DNA of 61,320 nt, filler included, from Sphacelaria rigidula (GCA_964200075.2; 9 parts of 9 records of this genome joined end to end with filler, not necessarily neighbours in it); one strand, 5' to 3'; counted from the first letter of the whole stretch, positions 1 to 13,651 are shown. The notes: generated by a model from the sequence alone, not told the origin. Numbers and translations are program-made.

Positions 1-964
1 AAGTACAACGCTCCGGAACACCCAGCGCCCCTCCCCCCCACGCCCCGATCCCCCCCGTGGGGTTTTTTCTCCCCCCCCGCCCCCCCCCCCCCCCCCAACA
101 ACCCCCTCACCCGGCCTGGTTCACGTCCAAAAATCGTTTGCAGGGGTCACTCCTTTTCGAGACGACTTAGGGGCACGCGCATCCGGTGCCTCCGGGAACG
201 ACGGCTCCAGCCTCAAGCCCAGCGCCGCCGTAGCAGCGGAGATCGACTCGGGCGACGTGAACGCAGCCCTGTACGGCCGGATCGTGGGTTGGAAGGGTTC
301 GGTGGAAAACCTCTGCAGGGAAGGATCTGCGGGATCCAGCCTTCCCCAAGCCGCGCGAGAGGTGGTATCCGGCATGATGAGACCGCGCCCTGCGGATAGA
401 GTTGGTGCTGATGAGGCGCTACGATTGCCATGGTTGGTGTCAGCAGCGGAGGATAGGGGATGACCCTGGGATGACTGGAGGATGGAGGGGGGGGGGAAGA
501 TTTTGTTTTGTTGTGAGTTATTTTGTTTATGCTTCTCCCCTTGAATACACATTGTTGAACTGATTTATTGGGACCTAGACAAGGAGGCGTTAAAAAGTGC
601 CCCCCCAAAAGGCCTTTCGGGGTCGGCGTCATTTCACCTAATGATCGACTTGTACCTTTTCTAGACAAGAGCGGGGGAAGGGGTGATCTCGATGATCTTC
701 AAAGAGTTTCCCGGCGTGGAGTTGTGTTGTTCATGGGTTAGGTAGGGGTACATGTTATATATTGGTACATCATAAGCTCAGCGGCATTAAATTACTACAA
801 GCATGAACGTTCTTTTGGGTACCCTGCGGCAGAGGATGTTCTCCTCCTCGTGTATGAAACTGGCATGTGTGTCGTTTTTTTGCGACCATTGGCCTCGCAT
901 CCCTACAAGGTCGGGACGGAGTACATCGGCGTATGCCAGATCAGGCTCTTTGGCATTAGGGAGC

Positions 965-1188
965 GGGGTGTACTCATGATCTTGCATGCCGTAGTCATCA
1001 GACCATTGACCTAGCATCCCTACAAAGCCGGGACGGAGCACGCTGGGTTTCCGCCGGACCAGGCTCGTAGCCAACCATCAACCGCGAAGCGCGGTGATGT
1101 GTTCGGCAAGTCGCATGAAGGGTGATACGCGTCCGTTGAGAGTGTTCGGCCCGAAGCCTACTGACCACCTTGCATATGGATGACAGCC
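965..1188 (+). repeat. Dispersed poly-G-anchored repeat family, subfamily A (truncated copy; partial duplicate at ~885-947)
   Basis: GGGGTGTACTCATGATCTTGCATGCCGTAGTCATCAGACCATTGACC...GGGACGGAGCACG...ATGAAGGGTGA aligns by eye with copies at 13255, 47603, 53421, 54089 and 59401. Confidence 0.85.
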
Positions 1189-2227
1189 AACAATGTTAAC
1201 ATTGGGGGGGCGGGGGGGGGGCGCATGTGCGAGGTGTAGCAGGGGATTCATGCCGGCAGGATATTTTGGCAGCAAGATACCCATAAGCCGGAAGCGGTAT
1301 TTGTGATCCCAAGTTGTTTGCGGAGTTTTTTCAGCCGCTGGTTTTTGCTCGAGAGTGCTTGCTTTACAGACGTTTATGGGACTGAGGAAACTAGGTATAC
1401 GATAGACCAAGCGTCGTTGTCGCTTCACAAAACGTTTCCCTCCCTTGAAATGCGGGAGTGTTCTGTTGTTTAAAATATTATGGGAATCGGCGACGGCGGC
1501 ACACACACATTCCGCTTATATTCGAACCGCTTTTAGGATATACAGACCCGGCCTGCTTTGGTATTAAGATTCAGGCTCATGAATGACATCTGAGGTATCT
1601 TTTTTATGTTTGATTGGGCAATTGAAAATAAACATTGCTTGCCTCTGAAACATGAAAATAAGGCTCAATCGAAAGGAGAAGTTCAATGTCATTCCAGTAT
1701 GACGTCATTATGGCGAACGATGCAGTCATCATTTCGGTGAGTCTTGATCCGATCTCAAGCTTGTTTATTGCTGGCCGGGTCTGTGGCGGGTGTCAGCAGG
1801 GTGGGGGAAGAGGGGGAGGGGGGCGTCGATCGAGTCAAATTGCGGTGTAACGTGTGTTTCTTCAGGTTGTGAGATGTGTCAGCAGTAGGTATAGCTCTCA
1901 TGTCGAGTAGTAGGATAACCTCGTAGGCATCATGTCATGTTCGCAGCGAATCTTTGCGCAAGAGCATACACTTGGTCGCTCTGTCGGAGACTGGGCCTTT
2001 GGCAGGGGGTCTACATCGAGTCAACCTGCTTGCTTTTAGGACCCGGACCGATCACCTGGAGTTCAAGGCTGCACATTCGGTACCGTTCCGTCACTGGTGT
2101 GTGGAGCATCCGGGGGCATAGTGTCTAGTCGTACCGGTTCCGGTCGGCGCATAGAGCTGTGTACATTTTTTTTTTTGTCTCCACGTACTGACCATTCGTG
2201 CTCGACGCGTGTTTTACTTCAATCAAC

Positions 2228-2477
2228 AACTGCTGCCGAGATAGCCTCCCCCCCAAACCAGACAAAAATGTGCACGGAGGCGATGATCATAGATGCCGTT
2301 AGAGCTGGTTTCGTGTTCCACGACGCGACTTATTTGGGCGTTATAGCTGATTTCGGACTGCTACAAGCCTTTCATGTGGGCGGCATTGCTGCAAATGAGC
2401 CCAATAGTGGGATCACAGCCGGTTTGTCGGACGGTCTCCCGTGCACTTTTTGTGGGGGGGCTATCTCGGCATTAGTC
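2228..2477. mobile_element. MITE (~250 bp), TIR (G/A)ACTRMTGCCGAGATAGC, 4-bp TSD CAAC
   Basis: Terminal inverted repeats; CAAC at 2224-2227 and 2478-2481; a second copy in reverse orientation at 37890-38137 has its own TSD GTTT. Confidence 0.85.
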
Positions 2478-3089
2478 CAACGGGATATCACACGATCTTC
2501 CCACCACTGAGAGTCTGCGCATTTGCTGCGCAGCAAAGTCTGTCAGGGCAAATCGTTCGATTGTTCCTGTGGATCAGATTTGGCCTGTTAGTATCTACTG
2601 CTGCAGCCGACTCAGCCTGCACGGTAATACGTGTAGCAAGTCTGAGCAGCGCATCTGACTAGTGCAGCTGCAGGACGTGACCAGGAATTGAGCCTCCTCG
2701 GGTTACTGGGCTGCGGATTAGCTCCCCGCAGTCGGTCTTGCCTATGCGTTCTTAACGTACAGCTAGTCTGGGTAGTGAGTGCACTTGGAAGACAGTGGCT
2801 ACCAGATAAGGGTAGTGAGCTTCTGACGAGCTGCCCCCTCAAGCTTCCACGTCTCGTGTAGCAAGGAAACCTGGACAGCACAATCTTTGCGCGTCGAGCA
2901 CTCGCGTTCTCGAGGCGTTTCAACCATGCCTAAAGTTTTTCTGCGGGTCTAGCATGTATCACAGGACCACAGAAGTGTTGGTGGCGCGTGTCGAGCTGGC
3001 TTACCCTCGAGTCGTTCGTACCTTCCTCAAGTTCTGTAGGGTGTGGGGCGGATGGCGTCACGATGGTGGATTCGTCTGCATTGCAAAAC

Positions 3090-6000
3090 ACCCTGAGAAC
3101 AAAATCCAAGTTTGCAGGTCCGGGGTATCGCGAATGAAGCTCCAAGGTGCGGCAAACCCTTCGGGTCCATTCCACGGATGTTCTGCGTGTCCTAGACGGG
3201 TTTCCATGCCCGGATCGGTCGGATCGCCCCGCCCCCCACCGCCGATTCTATTACGCGGTGGACCTAGGTAAATGGCCGTCTGTTTTCAATCCTGTTCTTT
3301 GCCACGACGGGATTAGCCCACATTACGGTGAAAGAGCACGAAGGGAGCAATGAAGGCGCCCTTGGCGACGGGGCACCGGCGTGGGCGGCCCTCGCCAGTC
3401 GCTTCAACGGCAACACCAAGTAGGCCCGCCGCGCGTGCCGAGAGCGGCTCCATAATTCGGTGATGCAGCCAGGCGACGACCCTGCCGATTTTTTCGCCAA
3501 GTTGGATGAAGCCCGGCTTCGTCTCAAGGACATGGGCGAGATCATCCCCGACGAGAGCTTCGAGGATATCATTCTCAGGGCTCTCCCATGGGCGTACGAC
3601 CTTGTACGGCAGACGAGTCACCGCGATCGCAACTTCGGCCTCGTCGAAATCGGGTCCACGGTCACCTATATGTATATCGATGAGCTGTCTCGGAAGTCGT
3701 CGGTGCTTTCCATCTCGGGACGTGGGGTAGCGATGTCAGCGGCAGGAACCAACGTCCAATGCCCATCACTGCCAGCAGTTCAGTCACTACAAAAGGGACT
3801 GCCCCCAATATCCAGCGCTACCACCTCGCGGCAACAAGACCAAAAGCGGAAAAATTAAGTGGAAGAAAGGTTGGGATGATGATCCTCCGCTCAAATGGTG
3901 CTCCTTCCATAAGTCAAAAACGCACAGCGACGCTGAGTGCATGAACGCTCGAGGCGGAACAGTCCGCTCGCGCTCACTTCGCGCACATCGGGAGTGTCCA
4001 CCTCGCCCAGGGGAACGGGTCTACAGGCCACGTTTGGATTTTCTTACGCCGCCCTCGGGGCGTCTGCGGCTGTGACGGGAGCGGCTCCCGCGCAACCTGC
4101 GGCGAGTGAAACAAATGTGCTCAAGCTAGGTCCGTCCCCCGCGAACATGCTCAAGGAACGATCGAAGTGCTCTCTCGGGCTCTTTGGTGCTTTTGGTGCG
4201 ACCTATATGGCAGTGTCTGTCCTGTTGCCGTGCGAGGATCAAGACCCTGGCGGTTCTTCGATCACGATCCTGGTGGATAGTGGCGCATCGGAGCACTCCG
4301 TCGACCCCCTTCTGATCCCTGACTTACAGAAGCACATGGCGGAGTACTCTGTCCTGCAGTTCCTCACGAAATAATTAGTGCTGGGCAGCATGTGCTGAAA
4401 GGTATTGCGAAGGGTATCGTCCAAGGTACTGTCCGTGACTCCGTTGGAACTAACCGGAAAGTAGAAATTCCCTGCCAGTTTCGTACCTGGTGGGAAGAAC
4501 TTATTCTCCGTTGCCGCGTCATAGAAAATAGGAGCCGTGTCAATTTTTGATTATGTTCAACCGCGGCTGGAGCTCGGCGGTGTAGTTCTACCGATGCAGC
4601 GACTGGGTGAAGGTGATACACTTTACTCTTTCTTGATGGACCTTGGAGGCGACTACAAGGGTGTGGCTTTACGAGCCGAGTCTGCGGATATGTGGCACCG
4701 CCGCATGGCGCACATAAATTCTAGGAGCATGGACGTCCTGCGGCGGACGCCCGGCAACGGTGTCGACTACAACGGAGAACGGGAAGTATGCGACGCCTGC
4801 GCCCTCGGCAAGAGCGCACAGCGTGCACATCCTGAGAGGGCGTCTTACAACGTTTAGTGGCTTTTTCAGCTGATTAACGCCGATCTCATAGGACCCATCG
4901 TCCTGAAAGCGCTGTGTGGCTTCGCTTACGCCGGAAAGTTTGTCGACCAACATACCGGGTGGGTTGAAATATTCCTGCTCGAACAAAAGCAGGATGCAGT
5001 TACAATCTTGCAGCTCTTCGTCCAATCCCTCGTTATCCCGAGCCGGTTGCGTCTGGAGCGTCTTCGACCCAACAAAGGTGGGGAGTAAATGGGCTCGGCA
5101 TTCCGCCAGAACTGTCTGGATATCGGCGTGAAACTCGAGTTTGCTTCCACCAACACCCCTCAGCAGATTGGAGCTAACGAACGGGCCGGGAGAACACTAG
5201 CTGGAGTTGTGCGCTGCTTGCTCTCGGATTCCGGTCTACCGCAATTTCTTTGGGGAGAGCTCATGCAGACGGCTGCCTATCTCGGCAATCAATCACCACA
5301 CGCGGCCTTGGACAACGCAACATCGTACGCAGCCTTTTATGGCCAAGAGGCGAATCTGAAACACCTTAAGACCATCGGTGCCAGAGCGTTTGTGCACATT
5401 GAGACGCACACCAGAAAGTTGCAGTCTCGAGCCTGGGAAGGTCGCCTCGTCGGGTACAGTATGGACAGCAAGTCATTTCGCATCTACAATCACGAGAAAC
5501 ACATTGTGCGAGAAAGCCGCAACGTGATATTCATCGAGACACCATCCGCCGTGCCTGAGCCTGACTTGGTGAGTGATCGTGGTTTTGAGGAGAGCAAGTT
5601 CACCTGTCCCGACGAAGATGATCTTGTGAGGGACGCGCGAGATTACACTTCACGTCTTGATCTCAGCTCCGAACCTAACCAGCACGAGGCTGCAGATGAA
5701 TCGGTGCTCGAGCTCCCACGTCTGATCCGCGAGACAACAAACCGTGATCTTAAGGTGAATCCTGCGAGCTTAGTGTCACCGCCAACTCCTCCGATTACTG
5801 CTTCTCCCATAAGTTTTCCACACTCTCCAGGGAGGGTGACCTCGTCTGCTTCGGGAGGGGCCACTGACGCGCCTGGCAGTGCTCCACCTAACGCGGGAAC
5901 TGCTCGGAAACTCCGTCGTTTGGCGTACTACACGAAAGTAGATTTTCCGGACGTTGCCCATCGGAATGATTTCGCAAATTTCGTCGAATATGCATATGCG

Positions 6001-6645
6001 GCAAACAGCACCCACCATCTCAACCGTCGTTCGGAGGAGAACGTCCAGATCATCCCCAACACTTTCAAGGAGGGCATGGATTTGCCGGAAGCCCAGACGT
6101 GGAAAGAGGTATCCGAGAAGAAAATGAGGAATCTCCGAGACCTCACGGTATTTCCTCTTGTAGAGCAATGCTACGGTAGGGGTGCACTTTTTTCGCGAAA
6201 TTATGTCTAGTTCAGGGGCTCCTAACGATGCTAGATGCACGAAAATATGGATCAGGATCTCCCCGTTTACAAATTTATTCGGGATATCTCCAGCACATTG
6301 GAAAAGTAATCCTGGCGTACTTTCACATATTGTCATATCTCGTGTTTTGAATGAGGTAAAGGGCTCCTAAAATTTTTAACCTCAGAAAATATTTCTGCAC
6401 CCCTACTGTAGCATCACTCTGTACCACGTTCGAGCGTTCCTCTGGGAAAGACGATAACAGGGTCGACATGGTCGTACAAGGTGAAATCGGATGGTACTCA
6501 CAAAGGGCGCCTGGTTGCTCAGGGTTGGAACCAACTACCAGGCAGAGATTGCGGCGGCACCTACGCCCCAGTGAGCAGGCTCTAAAGCATCAGGATGCTT
6601 CTTGCCCTCGCAGCGGGGAAAAGCTGGGAAATACATCAATTAACA
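3090..6645 (+). mobile_element. Degenerate Ty1/copia retrotransposon: gag, protease, integrase and 5' part of RT
   Basis: gag: AWAALASRFNGNTK*ARRACRERL..DPADFFAKLDEARLRLKDMG. CCHC knuckle C-HHC-QQFSH-YKRDC at ~3759-3803. Protease ILVDSGASEH at ~4267. GAG-pre-integrase WHRRMAH..CDAC. rve core DLIGP..TPQQIGANER. SH3 KLQSRAWEGRLVGY. RVT_2 start HKGRLVAQGWNQLPGRDCGGTYAPV. Integrase precedes RT (copia order). Several stops and frameshifts; no LTR found. Confidence 0.95.
6163..6419. mobile_element. MITE inserted in the copia RT; GAG...CTC termini, ~24-bp TIR, 4-bp TSD TGTA (Sola2-like signature)
   Basis: TIR GAGCAATGCTACGGTAGGGGTGCA / TGCACCCCTACTGTAGCATCACTC; TGTA at 6159-6162 and 6420-6423; removing the element plus one TSD restores the RT frame FPLVPRSSVPLGKTITGSTW. 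Confidence 0.92.
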
Positions 6646-6726
6646 ACAAATTGTGCGAATTGAGGTTTAACTTTGAAGTGAGGTTCAAGCCTAAAACAGT
6701 GCTTTCCTCACACTTTTAGTGATGTT

Positions 6727-6826
6727 NNNNNNNNNNNNNNNNNNNNNNNNNNNNNNNNNNNNNNNNNNNNTTAATTAATTAANNNNNNNNNNNNNNNNNN
6801 NNNNNNNNNNNNNNNNNNNNNNNNNN
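6727..6826. other. Artificial 100-bp contig spacer (N44-TTAATTAATTAA-N44)
   Basis: Identical spacers at 13552, 20377, 27201, 34025, 40849, 47673 and 54497; TTAATTAATTAA gives a stop in all six frames. Confidence 0.98.
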
Positions 6827-7939
6827 TGTCCGACCCTTGCATTATTCGAACAACACCAGCCACGATTCACCTTGTTCAGTTCAATGCGAAGAAGTCGACA
6901 CACCCAGGCTCAGCGTTGACGTGATCGCTGTTGGTAGCGGTTTCCGATTATTATTTGAAGAGACGCATGATGCTTGGCGACTTCGTCACAACAACACCCA
7001 TAGCCGCGTGATGGATGCTGGTAGTCGTTACCATTTTGGACTGTAATGCTGCGCCAATGAAACGATGTTGGCGTGCTGTTCTCGACTGGGGCATAGTTGG
7101 GTTAAAATGTGAGTAGTCGACACAGCTCTGAAGATTACAGGTTCTCCTCGAAAATAGGGTTCAACATCGCGGTGAGGTTGAACCGGAACCTTCTTCTGGA
7201 ATTTCGCCATTTTCGTGTACATACTTGGAAGAACGGAAGAATTCTCGTTAGTTCTCGGCCAGTGTCTTCGTGTCCAACAATGGATGGCATTAGAGATATG
7301 CATGTTTTGTGAGAGTCTCAAAGGGCTGCGAAAAGCTGAGGGAAGGTGCTTTCGTCGGCTTCTCAGGGACGTGAAGAAATACTACGATGCTGCAGTACTT
7401 CAAGCCCCGAGGGAAAATCGTCAAGCACAGAAACGTTTTTCATGAATCAAACCCTCCCGTTTTCACCTTCATGGAACGTTTCCAGCAACGATTTTATTTA
7501 TTTATTTTATTCAGGAACCAAAAAGGTGCCCTTTCGTTCTCTGGAACACCATCTCCTATGTGTCATTTCCGGGCATGTTTGAAGAGACTCTAGCATCGCA
7601 CTCCTTCACGCCCTTGGGAAGCCAAAATAAGTTCCTTCGGTCAGACTCATGAGGCTGAAAAAAAATAGTCAATTCTAAAATCAGGTTCAAGCTCACCACG
7701 ATGTTGAACCCCTTTTCGAGAAGATTCTCCTAGAGCACATGATACTCAGCGATCTCATCACAGCAATAGTAGCTGTAATGCACACCCACCGCGTGGTCGG
7801 TAGTCTGCGTATGCCGGAGGTGGGGTCGACACGCGCTTCGAAGAAGTACATGAAGTCGGTAACCCGTGTACTGTATGCTGGAGGGTGGGAGGGGACGTGC
7901 ATTTCACTACTATAATCCCCCACAGTTGGGCTTGTTCAG

Positions 7940-10900
7940 TCGAAACAGACGTTCCGACACCTACATACACACACTGATCGTCGGTGCACTACCTTGCCGA
8001 GCATTCTTTGCCTTCTCTCGTTTCGAGTGAAAGTCGGGCGAATGTCGGTAACGAGACGTTAGCAAAATGCTGCGTTCTCATGCGCTGTCACAATTTTGCA
8101 AGGATCGGGCAAATAATGATTCGTCTGGAAATTATTTGGTTTTAGTATGATGAGTCAACTCGTGACGAATAAATCCCTAGGCTTTATTTCAGCGTTGCAA
8201 CGCAGGTACATGCAGCCCAGATACGTGGAATGGCGCAAAAGTTGCGTGGATACCGCTTGGACCAGCGATAAACTTTTTTCTCTCTTTTGGGCAATCAGAC
8301 CGAAGAAATCGTGAACTCGGTGATTTAGAGTCGTGATGATTAGTCCTAACTGTGCAATTTTGTGTACTCACTAAATGTACAAGCCGGTCGGAATCTTCGC
8401 TACGCTCCGGTCCCTCGCGACTTTTGTCAAGAAGAGGGCGTGAAAACGAGTATTGCCAAGCCCTGAAGAGAGAACGAACTTATTCCAACATGCATGAAGT
8501 TATACTCCGGAGTATACATAATAATAGAAAAAAAATGGTAGTGCGGGTATGAACAATGGGAAGTTGTGGACATACAAAAACCGGAACTGAGAGACAATGT
8601 ATTATGGATGTAGACAGTACACTACGAAGAAATTTACTGGTCATGCAAACGGATGTTCCGACACGTGCATACACACTTTCACTCACCTCAACAAATAAGT
8701 TGTTTGTTTCAACAGCTCCGTCCACGTTTGCAGACGTTTCGACACCTAAATACCTGCATACGCTCAGTTCGTCGATATTGTACCTTGCCGAGCTTTCTTT
8801 GTTCCCTCTCGTGACGAGTGAAGGCCGGGCGAATGTCGACAAGGAGGCGTTGGCAAAATGCTGCGCTCTAGTGCGTCGTTACAACTGCATATACTTCCTC
8901 AGTTCGTCGGTAAATTACGTAGGGCTAGGATCCGAGCGTTCTTCACTCCCCCCCGTTTCGAGTGAATGTCGGGCGAATGTCGATACGGAGGCATGTGAGG
9001 AATGCCCCGCTCTCGTGCGGGATGTCGATAAGGAGGCGTGTGGAAAATGCCCCACTCTCGTGCGGAATTCCGATACGGAGGCGTGCGCCAAATACCTCGC
9101 TCTTGTGAGTCCATACACACACGATCACACCATGTAATTTACAGACATAGCCGTTTGAACACCTGCATACACACTCCCACTCACATCACCATACAATTTT
9201 TTCACTACATGAATACGGACGTTCCGACCCCTCCATACGCCACGTTCCGACACGTGCGTTCACACGCGCATACTCAGTTCGTCGGTACAGTACCTTGCCG
9301 AGCATCCATGACCCTCTCTCGTTTCAATCAGAGGTCGGGCGAATGCCGATAAAGAGGCGTTGGCAGAATGCTGCGCTCTCGTGCGTCCTTACGTTTTTAT
9401 ATGCTCACTATTATTACGTACTGTACTATAATCCGCTTCAGCCCTACGCAAACTGGCGTCACTTCTGTCATGCTAACTCTGGAATAACCCACTGCCCACC
9501 TGGTTGCGGTGACGATTAGCCGTTACACCGCCCCGCGCCGAACCGTCCTCGGTGGTGATTGCTGCAATTGATCCTTCCATGGCCTTCCCACACAACCCGG
9601 GGTGGTCAGGATGGGCCACGAAGTGCTTCTTGGTCGCAGTCGGCAAGTCTTCCAAAGACGTGAGGGAGCTCGTGGCCCATCCTGACCACCTGCGTCGATA
9701 AGGAGGCGTTGGCAAATACTGCGCTCTCGTACGTCCTTACAATTTCATATACTCACTATTATTACATACGGTACAATAATCCACTTCAGCCCTATGCAAA
9801 CTGGCGTCACTTCTGTATTGCTAACCCCTCTTTATCAACATTCGTCGCACCTTTGCTCGAAAAGAGAGAGGGCCAAAAATGCTCGGCAAGGTGAATTTCT
9901 GACGAGCTGAGTATGCGCGTGTGAGTGCAAGTGTCGGAACGTGGCGTATTGAGGCGTCGGAACGTCCGTTTTCATGCAGGAAAAAAGGTGTACGGTGATG
10001 TGAGTGGGAGTGTGTATGCAGCGAAATGGCGCTAGACTGCGTGCCGGGTTCGTCTTTGCCATGATGAAATCATTACTCGCCTGTAGTTGACTTGGTCGTT
10101 AGGCTTGTGTGCGTAGACGTTAACGGCGGTTGTGACGGGGTCGGCGGGGGAGGGTTTGCTGTGCGTGCTTTCTTCTCCTGCGGTGCTATTGGAGACGCAA
10201 ATAATCGACGGCTATCGAGCGACGCCGTAGACCAGTCGATCCGACGCGTGGATACACCCTGCCACTCAAATCACCATATAATCTGTGTTTCACAGCTCTG
10301 TTCACGTTTGCAGACGTGTCGACTCTTACCTGCATACACTCACTTCGTCGATACATTACCCTGCCGAGTAGTCTTCGCCCTCTCTTGTTTCGAGTGAAGG
10401 TCGGGCGAATGTCGATAAGGAGGGGTTGGCGAAATGCTGCGCTCTCGTGCGTCGTTACAGCTTTATATACTTCCTCAGTTCGTCGGTACATTATGTAGGG
10501 TTAGGGTAGGGTCCAAGCACTCTTCGTCCCCTCCCGTTTCGAGTGAAGGTCGGGCGAATATCGATAAGGAGGTGTGTGAGAAATGCCCGCTCTCGTGCGG
10601 AATGTCGGTAAGGAGGCGTGCGCCAGATACCCCGCTCTAGTGCGTTCATACTCACACATACTCACACAACGTAATTTACAGGTACAGCCCTTCCGACACG
10701 AACGTCATACGCGACTCTCCACCTCGCCAACATCTGTGGGTACCCCAGGGGAAACATAGCACGCGTGGCAAGATGACAGGTGCAGGCGACTGATCTCACG
10801 AGTGTGAGTCGTGTTCAAATCATGTCTCACGAACGTCACACAACACGAGACTATCCTATGTGCGGGTGTCTTCATCGCAGCAAGAGCGTATTTGAAAAAA

Positions 10901-11965
10901 AAAACTCCCCTCCAAGCAGTCGTTGAAACGACGCTACTGTTGGTGCTCTCTTGCGCTGATAAACCCGTACCCCCGTCGCTACGGATCCAACACGCTTCGC
11001 GGGTGCCCTTTGGCTGCTCGGAGCTGCAGGGCCCATCTTACCGTACAGATGGCACAGTCTGTCCCGCGACAGCAAGTTGACTTCAGTAGAGTGGTTTAGG
11101 AACAACGGTGGAGACAACCAAGCGCTCTTCACACGTGCCATCGAAATATGTACAGTCGATGTAGCTGAGCAAAACACTCATAAGTGCAATATGTGCGACC
11201 TCTATCCATCAAGTCAGTTCCAGCAGTACCATATTACAAAGCAAGAAAACCAAAACAAGAACTAGGTGTCATCACCGTTCTTGTCTTGAGTGGACGCCGG
11301 GCCTCAACCACCAACACTGGCGTTTTCGACCTTTTAGCCTGCCGCAGCTAAGACTCTCTCCCCACTGCCTGTCGCAGCAGCTGTACACAATTCAAGTAAC
11401 TGGCCTCATCAAGTGTCAACTGTGCGTTCAAGAAACTTCTCAGCTATTTAATATCATGTCACTTGGTCCAACTATACTCAGATCAAGTAACTCGCCCCAG
11501 CTTGTCAAAAATTAAGTGACACGGTTCCTTTTCACAGTTCAGGTAATTTGCCTTCCCACTCTAAAATCAAGTGAAAATGGAGAAGGGGGTGTGTGAGAAA
11601 TGCCTCGCTCTCGTGCGGAATTTCGATACGGGGGCGTGCGCCAAATACCCCGCTCTAGTGCGTCCATACACCCACATACTCACACAACGTAATATACAGG
11701 TACAGCCCTTCCGACACCTGCATGCACACTTCCACTCACATCACCGTACACTCTTTTCCCTGCATGAAAACGGACGTTCCGACGCCTCCATAGGCCACGT
11801 TCCGACACTTGCATTCACACGTGCATACACTCAGTTCGTCGGTGCATGTCCTGCCGAGCATTTTTGGCCCCCTGTCTTTTCGAGCAGGTGTCGGGCGAAT
11901 GTCGACAAAGAGGCGTTGGCAAAATGCTGCGCTCTCGTGCGTCCTTACAATTTTATATACTCATT
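7940..11965. repeat. Cluster of modular diverged repeats (core CGTTTCGAGTGAAGGTCGGGCGAATGTCGATAAGGAGGCGTTGGCAAAATGCTGCGCTCTCGTGCG), including 45-bp tandem subunits
   Basis: Copies at ~7945-8090, 8725-9120, 9130-9480, 9695-9830, 9870-10020 (inverted), 10300-10700 and 11580-11960; three 45-bp units at ~8975-9110; ~130-bp direct duplication 9347-9480 / 9697-9828. Confidence 0.8.
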
Positions 11966-13254
11966 TGTTTTGCCATGTGCTCGCCTCGCTTGAGACAATG
12001 CAAAGGAGTCAAACCATCCCCTACCTGTGTACTCCGGCGGGCGCATCCGTGGCCGGCTAGACTAGATTGTATATTGAGCTTGAGTTGCAGCCCCGCGGTC
12101 CACCGCCGCCACATTTAACAACCGATGTAGCTCTTCCAGGACTAGGTACCATATTTATATCTCTCTATATATATACCTACGAAGTCCGAATGGCGACTTT
12201 GGATATGGACATGGATAGCATTTTCCTCATCTTTTGTTGGAATGCTTCCGCAAAAATACGGGATTTTCAGACTACAATATTGCACGCGCGGGTGGGGCAT
12301 GAGAGGCATAATATTGGTTCATGTCGGTCGGTTTCGCACACACCGTTGCGTCAGTACAGACCGTTACACAGCAGCACGGGCAGCGCAGAGATTTCTCCAT
12401 AGGTAAAGCCACCATCATCGGCATCCAGCGGTAGCTTGCAACCACTGTTCAAAACAAAACTGGTAGACACCGCCTGAAAAAATGGCACTGCCGTGTGAAC
12501 TACTTTCTGCAAAGGTTTGAGCCAAAAAAATAGTGATAGAAGTATGAGTTTTGTGTGAGGACGATGGCATACCCTACATTCGTGAGCTCCTGCTCTGTTG
12601 CGGGTCCCTTCATCCCGTTATTGTGGTTCAAGGGATGAGTCACAGCGGAGCGGAGTAGAACTGAAAATCGCTAGTCGTCTTTTCGTATCATAATCGCGGA
12701 CTCTATGTTCACGTCAACGACCATGTGAAGCTAGGCAGCAACTCCAATAATGTTAGCACAAAAAGGGATATCGATAACGACACAGAAGTACCGTCCGTTG
12801 AAGCCTGGAAGCAACCCCAAGAAGGGAATGTAGGGATCCAGGAGCGTGATGCCCATAAATCTTACTATTGTGATCCGTTTGAGGACCGCTCATGTTGCCG
12901 TCTCAACACGGACGATCTTTTGTCAAGCATGGCTTATATATCTACAATGAGAAAAAATGTGGTATGAAAATTGGCTGATGGTACGTGCGGACTGTTTTGG
13001 ACTGGTGCTGACTGACCGCAACGGACGATGCCGCCAAGAATCGATGTGCATCACCCGATTCGCACCATGCAGAAATGGTGCACAAGGGCTGCCGTAGCGT
13101 CTTGTTGTATTTGATTCAAGTGCGTTTGCGTTGACTGTTTAGCGTGGTCTGTCATGTGTACAAATCAAGTGAAACGCACAGGATAAACCGATTACCCTAC
13201 AGTCATCCCGCACATCACAGATTCCCGCCCCCCCCCTGGTCCGAGCGAGGCGTG

Positions 13255-13352
13255 CGAGATCAATGTTCTTATGACTATGGCATGCATGATCATGAGTACA
13301 CCCCCCTGGTCCGGCGAGAACCCGGCGTGCTCCGTCCCGGCTTTGTAGGGGC
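13255..13352 (-). repeat. Poly-G-anchored repeat family A, rearranged fragment
   Basis: Reverse complement of the family start (...CATGCATGATCATGAGTACACCCCCC), followed by the CCCGGCGTGCTCCGTCCCGGCTTTGTAGGG segment. Confidence 0.8.
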
Positions 13353-13651
13353 GGACCCCCGATGGGGTTGGCGTCGGTTGGCGATGACGCTATAAAACAC
13401 GCCACGCCATCACTACGGAAGCTAGGCGACCAGGTTACCGTTCTTTTTGTGCGCTCGCGTTTTTTTTGCGGTTACCATGATGGTAGTCGAGCTACATCAT
13501 GTTGTGCGGCATGGGAAAACCTCAACTCCGCACAATGGGGATGATCGTTCTNNNNNNNNNNNNNNNNNNNNNNNNNNNNNNNNNNNNNNNNNNNNTTAAT
13601 TAATTAANNNNNNNNNNNNNNNNNNNNNNNNNNNNNNNNNNNNNNNNNNNN

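Noticed and set aside
8556..9137. 193-aa ORF with CxxC 15-aa repeats (metal-binding protein?)
   Set aside because: It derives from the 45-bp subunits of a repeat whose other copies in the contig do not keep the frame
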